Below, one piece after another: positions 28,521-33,570 of a DNA stretch of 33,570 bases (its first letter is position 1; each line of letters begins with the position of its first letter). Origin of the DNA: Fidelibacterota bacterium. GTDB lineage: Bacteria; Fidelibacterota; Fidelibacteria; Fidelibacterales; Fidelibacteraceae. The stretch lies in assembly GCA_034723415.1 (NCBI GenBank), contig JAYEOX010000082.1:9553-43122 (forward strand), in the 5' to 3' direction. A program made the translations under genes and the position numbers. The notes under the pieces are model-generated. The model made no database searches. It saw only the letters and a list, made by a program, of their open reading frames with translations, and was not told the origin of the DNA.

Positions 28521-28546
28521 TAATAAATATATTGATTAAAAAAAAG

Positions 28547-28638
28547 CGGAGAGGCCGGGATTCGAACCCGGGGTACAAGCTTAAACCCGTACAACTGCTT
28601 AGCAGGCAGCCGCCTTCAGCCAGCTCGGCCACCTCTCC
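28547..28638 (-). tRNA. tRNA-Ser (anticodon GCT); CCA not encoded
   Basis: Reverse complement GGAGAGGTGGCCGAG...GGCTGC-CTGCTAA-GCAGTT...long variable arm...CCGGGTTCGAATCCCGGCCTCTCCG. Confidence 0.97.
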
Positions 28639-28662
28639 AATTACTTTTTCAACAAACGCCTA

Positions 28663-28691
28663 AATATATAATTCTTATTCATAAATTACAA
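28663..28691 (-). promoter_or_regulatory. Candidate sigma70 promoter for tRNA-Ser
   Basis: Minus-strand TTGTAA-N17-TATATT ending about 24 nt before the tRNA 5' end. Confidence 0.5.
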
Positions 28692-28771
28692 TTATTTTAT
28701 TTGATAAATTGAAAATATTTTATAAATTTCAATATAGGGACGAGGAATATTTAGAAATAAGGAGGATTATT

Positions 28772-29281
28772 ATGAGAGAAAAAATAGAAAACTTTTCTGA
28801 ACTTAATTTGACCTTAGAAAATTTGTATAAAAACGGTTTATTATTAATGTCCGGTAAAAATGGTAATCCAATGGCAATAGGTTGGGGAACAGTTGGAGTA
28901 ATTTGGCATAAATCAATTTTTACTATATTAGTCAGACCTTCTCGTTATTCATTTAAACTCATTGAGGAATTACCGGAATTTACAGTAAATGTTCCTACTC
29001 CGGAGTTGAAAAAAAAAGTTGCTTATTGTGGCGTAAAATCTGGTCGAGATTTTGATAAAATTAAAGAGTGTAATTTTCATATTCAAAAATCTAACCATAT
29101 TTCTGTGCCGTATATTAAAGAATGTCCTATACATTATGAATGTAAAATTGTTAATAAAAATGATATAATTAATAGTGAATTAAATGACAAAATAATAAAT
29201 AGATATTATAAAACAGGTGATTATCACTCAGTTTATTTTGGTGAAATATTAGGTGTTTATAAAGAAATAAAAGGAGAATAA
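28772..29281 (+). CDS. Flavin reductase-like (flavoredoxin) FMN-binding protein
   Basis: [30 protein letters not shown] and YH..YFGEI motifs; AGGAGG before ATG 28772 (ORF track opens at 28709). Confidence 0.88.
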   Translation: MREKIENFSELNLTLENLYKNGLLLMSGKNGNPMAIGWGTVGVIWHKSIFTILVRPSRYSFKLIEELPEFTVNVPTPELKKKVAYCGVKSGRDFDKIKECNFHIQKSNHISVPYIKECPIHYECKIVNKNDIINSELNDKIINRYYKTGDYHSVYFGEILGVYKEIKGE

Positions 29282-29282
29282 A

Positions 29283-30470
29283 ATGATTGGAAAAATGAAA
29301 AAAGATTTTCAAGAAATGTTTGTGGATCTAAAGAAAAATGGGTTGTATAAAGATGAAAGAGTTATTACATCTCCGCAAGGATCTGGAATAAGCGTTTCTA
29401 CAGGTGAAAAAGTATTGAATTTTTGTTCTAATAATTACTTGGGATTAGCAAATCATCCTAAAGTAATTGAAGCAGCAAAAGATATTATGGATGAATGGGG
29501 ATATGGATTATCTTCTGTAAGATTTATCTGTGGGACTCAAGATATTCACAAACAACTTGAAAATAAAATAAGCGAATTTCTTGGAACTGAGGATACGATT
29601 TTATACGCTGCATGTTTTGATGCGAATGGTGGAGTTTTCGAACCTTTATTAGATAAAAAATCGGCAATAATATCCGATGAATTAAATCATGCTTCAATTA
29701 TTGATGGTGTGCGACTCTGTAAAGCACAAAGATATCGTTACAGTCATTCTGATATGAATGAGTTAGAGAATGCTTTAAAACAGGCACAATCTGCAAAATA
29801 CAGAATGATCGTTACGGATGGTGTATTCTCAATGGACGGCGATATTGCCAAACTTGATAAAATTTGTGATTTGGCAGAAAAATATGATTCACTCGTGATG
29901 GTTGATGATTCTCATGCTACGGGATATATAGGTAAAAGTGGAAGAGGAACACCGGAATTTAAAGATGTAATCGGTAGAGTTGATATTATTACTACTACAT
30001 TTGGAAAGGCACTTGGGGGAGCTTCCGGCGGTTGTGCTTCAGGTAGAAAAGAAATAATGGAAATGTTACGTCAGAGATCAAGACCGTATCTATTTTCAAA
30101 TACTTTAGCTCCGGCAGTTGTTGGAGCGACATTGAAAGTTATGGATATGCTAAGTGAATCGACAGAATTAATTACAACATTGAAACAGAATGCGAAATAT
30201 TTTAGAAAACAAATGGAAGACGCAGGTTTTGATATTGTAAAGGGAAACACAGCGATTGTTCCTGTAATGCTTTACGATGAAGTAACTGCTTTGAAAATGG
30301 CTGATATGCTTTTAAAAGAGGGAATTTATGTAATCGGATTTGTTTATCCTGTAGTTCCAAAAGGAAAAGCACGCATAAGAGTTCAACTATCAGCTGCACA
30401 TTCAAAAGAGGAAATCAATAAAGCAGTGAATGCATTTATAAAAGTCGGAAAAGAATTGAAGATTATTTAA
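29283..30470 (+). CDS. kbl: Glycine C-acetyltransferase (2-amino-3-ketobutyrate CoA ligase)
   Basis: [55 protein letters not shown] and [13 protein letters not shown] motifs. Confidence 0.95.
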   Translation: MIGKMKKDFQEMFVDLKKNGLYKDERVITSPQGSGISVSTGEKVLNFCSNNYLGLANHPKVIEAAKDIMDEWGYGLSSVRFICGTQDIHKQLENKISEFLGTEDTILYAACFDANGGVFEPLLDKKSAIISDELNHASIIDGVRLCKAQRYRYSHSDMNELENALKQAQSAKYRMIVTDGVFSMDGDIAKLDKICDLAEKYDSLVMVDDSHATGYIGKSGRGTPEFKDVIGRVDIITTTFGKALGGASGGCASGRKEIMEMLRQRSRPYLFSNTLAPAVVGATLKVMDMLSESTELITTLKQNAKYFRKQMEDAGFDIVKGNTAIVPVMLYDEVTALKMADMLLKEGIYVIGFVYPVVPKGKARIRVQLSAAHSKEEINKAVNAFIKVGKELKII

Positions 30471-30706
30471 ATTACAAATTATGAATTGGAAAAACGAAAG
30501 AAGACACACTAAAGAGAGAGATCTTTTTTGTGGCACATCATATTTCATATCGTAAACGATAGGATTAATAGATTATATAAGTAAATGATAATAAAGAAGT
30601 TAAATACATCGCTCATGATGTGGATTGCAAAATATTACCTGATATACATTACAATAGTAGGAAAAACATTTGCAATATCAAATAAGTTTAAATAAATTTT
30701 ATTAAT

Positions 30707-33130
30707 ATGAAAATAATATTAACATATGATCATAGAAAAAATAAAAAAACAGATATTATAAAAAAATTATTAATACTAATTTTACTATTTTTTGTTAGCT
30801 GCGAAACAGATCATGAAGCATTTCTTACTTCTGTAAATAAAAATGAAATAATTGATAATGAATTGAATGGTATAAAATTAGTAAAGACCTTAAATGATCA
30901 TTCTGATGATGTCCATTCTGTTGTATTTAGTTTTGATGGTAAATATCTTGCTTCTTGTAGTAGTGATAGAACAGTAAAAATATATAATACAAATAATTGG
31001 GAATTAATAAAAACATTAAGTGATCATTCTAAAAGTGTAATATCTGTTTCATTTAGTCCTAATAGTGAATACTTCGCAACGGGTAGTAGTGATAAAACAG
31101 TAAAAATATACAACACAACTAATTGGGAATTAATAAAAACATTAAGTGATCACTATTATAAAATTGAATCTATTTTATTTTCATCTGATGAAAAATATTT
31201 TGTTTCTTGTAGTGTTGATAATACGGTAAAAATATACAACACAACTAATTGGGAATTAGAAAAAACATTAAAAGATCATTCGGGTAACATTTATTCTATA
31301 TCATTTAGTCATAGTAACAAATATCTTGCTTCTTGTAGTAGTGATAAAACAGTAAAAATATATAATACAACTAATTGGCAGTTAATAAAAACATTAAGTG
31401 ATCATTCAGGTAGCATTTATTCGGTCTCATTTTATTCTAAAGATAAATATCTTGCTTCTGGTTATGATGATAATACAGTAAAAATATATGATACAAGTAA
31501 TTGGCAGTTAATAAAGACATTAAAAGATCATTCATTTGTAGTTAGTTCAGTATCATTCAGTCCTTATGGAAAATATCTTGCTTCCGGAAGTTGGGATAAT
31601 ACAGTAAAAATATATGACATAAATAATTGGAAATTAATAGAAACATTAAGAGATCATTTTGATGAAGTTGATTTTGTATCATTTAGTCCCGGTGGAGAAT
31701 ACCTTGCTTCGTGTAGTGATGATAACACAGTAAAAATATATACTATTCCATTAATTGAACCAGAAATATTCATAAGGAATTATGTAGAGGATCACATTAA
31801 TAAATGGCAGAAAATTGGTAAATTTGATAAGATTATTGATTATCAAAAAAGAATAATTGAAATAGATAAAAAAGCAGAAGAGTTTTTCAATATAGCAAAA
31901 AAGATATATACAAAAAAGGCGGATAAGAGGAAGCAATATATTGTTGATGCTATTTTGAATGGAGATATTAAAATATTAGGGAATTATAATAAAGATAGAG
32001 AGACATATAAATTAGATATTCCTGAAATTGGATATATTGTTATTAATATCCCAAAAAAATATGCCAAAAATTTTAAGAAAAATGAAAAAAAATTGAGGTT
32101 AAAGAATCCAAAAATTGTCCAGACTGATAATGGATTAATTATATCTTCGATTGCTATATATAATCCGGTAAATAATAAGGAATTTGTTTGTGATATTAAT
32201 GTGAAAGATTGTAATTATTCATTTGCAGAAATGAATTTTGAATTCAAACCGTATAATTATAATTTTGATAAGGGAGAGACAGAGTCACAAATTATAGAAA
32301 ACAAACAAAAAAGAGGAATTAAGCAAGCAGATAGAGATGATATTTATAAAAATATACCAAGGAATTTTCAAAAAAATAAAGATGCAGTTGCTGTAATTAT
32401 TGGTAGTAAAGATTATAGTTGTTTAGATGATGTGGATTATGCGATAAATGATGCTCGTTTAGTAAAAAAATATTTGATTGAGAGTTTTGGTTATAAAGAA
32501 GAAAATATAATTTATATTGAAAATGCTACAAAAATCAACTTTGAGACGATATTTGGTATAAAAGGATATCATAAAGGACGACTTGATGATTATGTAAAGA
32601 AAAATATTAGCGATGTATTTATCTATTATTCCGGTCACGGTGTGCCAAATGTAGATACGAAAAAAGGATATTTTGTTCCTGTAGATTGTGATCCGGCTAC
32701 AGTTTCTTTAAATGGTTACCCGTTAGATCTTTTTTATAAAAATATAAGTAAAATAAAATATAGGAAGTTGACTGTGGTTATTGATGCAAGTTTTAGTGGA
32801 GAAAATATATTAAAAGATATTTCTCCGATTTATATAATTGTAGATAATCCAGTACTACTAAAAGATAATTCATTTATATATACATCAGCAAAGGAGAATC
32901 AGTTTTCGAATTGGTATCCGAATAAACAACATAGTTTATTTACATATTGTTTCTTGAAAGGAATAAAGGAGCTGGGAGTTGATGTTACACATCAGGAATT
33001 ATTTGATTATTTATCAAGTAAAGTTTCATATATTGCCAGAAACTTATATTCACGAGAACAAAATCCGACATTTGATGGCGATATGAGTAAGTATTTAATG
33101 GAATGGAATTCTAACTATAATGGACACTAA
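30707..33130 (+). CDS. Lipoprotein with 7 WD40 repeats and a C-terminal caspase-like (peptidase C14) domain
   Basis: Lipobox FVSC; seven 42-aa repeats; AVIIG..DY, A.NDA, YYSGHG, IDASFSG, SLFTY and QNP motifs. Confidence 0.88.
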   Translation: MKIILTYDHRKNKKTDIIKKLLILILLFFVSCETDHEAFLTSVNKNEIIDNELNGIKLVKTLNDHSDDVHSVVFSFDGKYLASCSSDRTVKIYNTNNWELIKTLSDHSKSVISVSFSPNSEYFATGSSDKTVKIYNTTNWELIKTLSDHYYKIESILFSSDEKYFVSCSVDNTVKIYNTTNWELEKTLKDHSGNIYSISFSHSNKYLASCSSDKTVKIYNTTNWQLIKTLSDHSGSIYSVSFYSKDKYLASGYDDNTVKIYDTSNWQLIKTLKDHSFVVSSVSFSPYGKYLASGSWDNTVKIYDINNWKLIETLRDHFDEVDFVSFSPGGEYLASCSDDNTVKIYTIPLIEPEIFIRNYVEDHINKWQKIGKFDKIIDYQKRIIEIDKKAEEFFNIAKKIYTKKADKRKQYIVDAILNGDIKILGNYNKDRETYKLDIPEIGYIVINIPKKYAKNFKKNEKKLRLKNPKIVQTDNGLIISSIAIYNPVNNKEFVCDINVKDCNYSFAEMNFEFKPYNYNFDKGETESQIIENKQKRGIKQADRDDIYKNIPRNFQKNKDAVAVIIGSKDYSCLDDVDYAINDARLVKKYLIESFGYKEENIIYIENATKINFETIFGIKGYHKGRLDDYVKKNISDVFIYYSGHGVPNVDTKKGYFVPVDCDPATVSLNGYPLDLFYKNISKIKYRKLTVVIDASFSGENILKDISPIYIIVDNPVLLKDNSFIYTSAKENQFSNWYPNKQHSLFTYCFLKGIKELGVDVTHQELFDYLSSKVSYIARNLYSREQNPTFDGDMSKYLMEWNSNYNGH
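30875..31745 (+). repeat. Seven tandem 126-bp WD40-coding repeats
   Basis: GATCA anchor recurs at 30896, 31022, 31148, 31274, 31400, 31526 and 31652. Confidence 0.95.
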
Positions 33131-33259
33131 GATTGCACAGGGAATACAAAGAATAATTATAGATAGTAGAATGAAAAATTATGAATAGTGAATTAGAAAC
33201 CGAAATGGAGTGGGTACCGATGAAATCAATTACGAATTTTCAATTTCAAATATTAAATT

Positions 33260-33570
33260 TCAAAATTCAAAATTCATATTTTCATATTTCTTAATTTTTT
33301 CAACTAACGCACTAACATTTTTATCTCTCTTTTTCGCCCCGATTAGCATAATATTTAATTTTTTCAATAAAGTATTTAGTAATAAGTGTTTTTTTTCTTT
33401 ATCTAATGATTCGTTAGTAAGTATTTTCTCAAGTGATTGAATCCTAAACCTGTCCATTCCCCAATATTTTTGTGAAAGCTGATCTGAATGTCCACCATAT
33501 TTTTTTATTCCAAATTTATTTACTAAACCAACATGATATTTTAAACTGGTTCGAAGCCAATAATCATAAT
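33260..33570 (-). CDS. 3' part of a family 2 glycosyltransferase (runs off the window)
   Basis: Frame stays open to the window edge: ...YDYWLRTS...KYGGHSDQLSQKYWGMDRFRIQSLEK, a typical GT2 C-terminal segment. Confidence 0.75.
   Translation of the reverse strand, partial: YDYWLRTSLKYHVGLVNKFGIKKYGGHSDQLSQKYWGMDRFRIQSLEKILTNESLDKEKKHLLLNTLLKKLNIMLIGAKKRDKNVSALVEKIKKYENMNFEF

Noticed and set aside
28287..28638. tRNA-anchored integrative element
   Set aside because: No integrase and no duplicate of the tRNA 3' end in the window
30535..30700. Riboswitch or ncRNA upstream of the WD40 gene
   Set aside because: Only short AT-rich hairpins, with no conserved aptamer motif recognised
105..31936. Short antisense or alternate-frame ORFs inside rbp, sprA, porV, mazG, ddl, cysS, kbl and others
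   Set aside because: Shadow frames of well-supported genes with biased, low-information composition
30707..33130. Diversity-generating retroelement or NLR/gasdermin defence locus
   Set aside because: No reverse transcriptase, TR/VR pair, NTPase domain or adjacent effector is visible, and the protein appears to be an exported lipoprotein
33210..33440. 76-aa + strand ORF
   Set aside because: Antisense to the GT2 3' end and partly made of the 7-nt repeat

Overview
Very AT-rich bacterial chromosomal window, almost entirely + strand. Gene content points to the FCB superphylum, but the canonical Shine-Dalgarno sites and sigma70-like promoters argue for a non-Bacteroidia lineage (for example Marinimicrobia-like; this is an inference). 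In order it holds: an RRM RNA-binding gene; rdgB; a compact type IX secretion (T9SS)-like operon (sprA, M28/glutaminyl-cyclase-like peptidase, lipoprotein, Asp-box propeller with T9SS-type C-terminal domain, two PorV/PorQ-like barrels); a cobalamin riboswitch before btuB/btuG-like genes; mazG; a stand-alone homocysteine methyltransferase domain; glgA; gmhB; a GxxExxY nuclease-fold gene; ddl; cysS; a metallopeptidase-PD40-Omp85 fusion; lepB; tRNA-Ser(GCT); a flavin reductase; kbl; a WD40-caspase-like lipoprotein; and the 3' end of a GT2 glycosyltransferase. The most unusual signal is non-coding. The GxxExxY gene sits between inverted arms built from three 8-nt units (CRCARAGN). The same and related 6-10-nt-period arms recur, without a passenger gene, at the 3' ends of many housekeeping genes and are stacked or nested in the 16.25-16.86 kb and 28.28-28.52 kb spacers. 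This suggests a poorly described family of small, repeat-bounded mobile cassettes that target gene ends. Other points of note are a 24-codon leader ORF coupling the B12 riboswitch to btuB, and a caspase-like domain with Cys replaced by Ser behind near-identical WD40 repeats that vary mainly at predicted top-face positions. All calls come from motif recognition only; no database searches were run.
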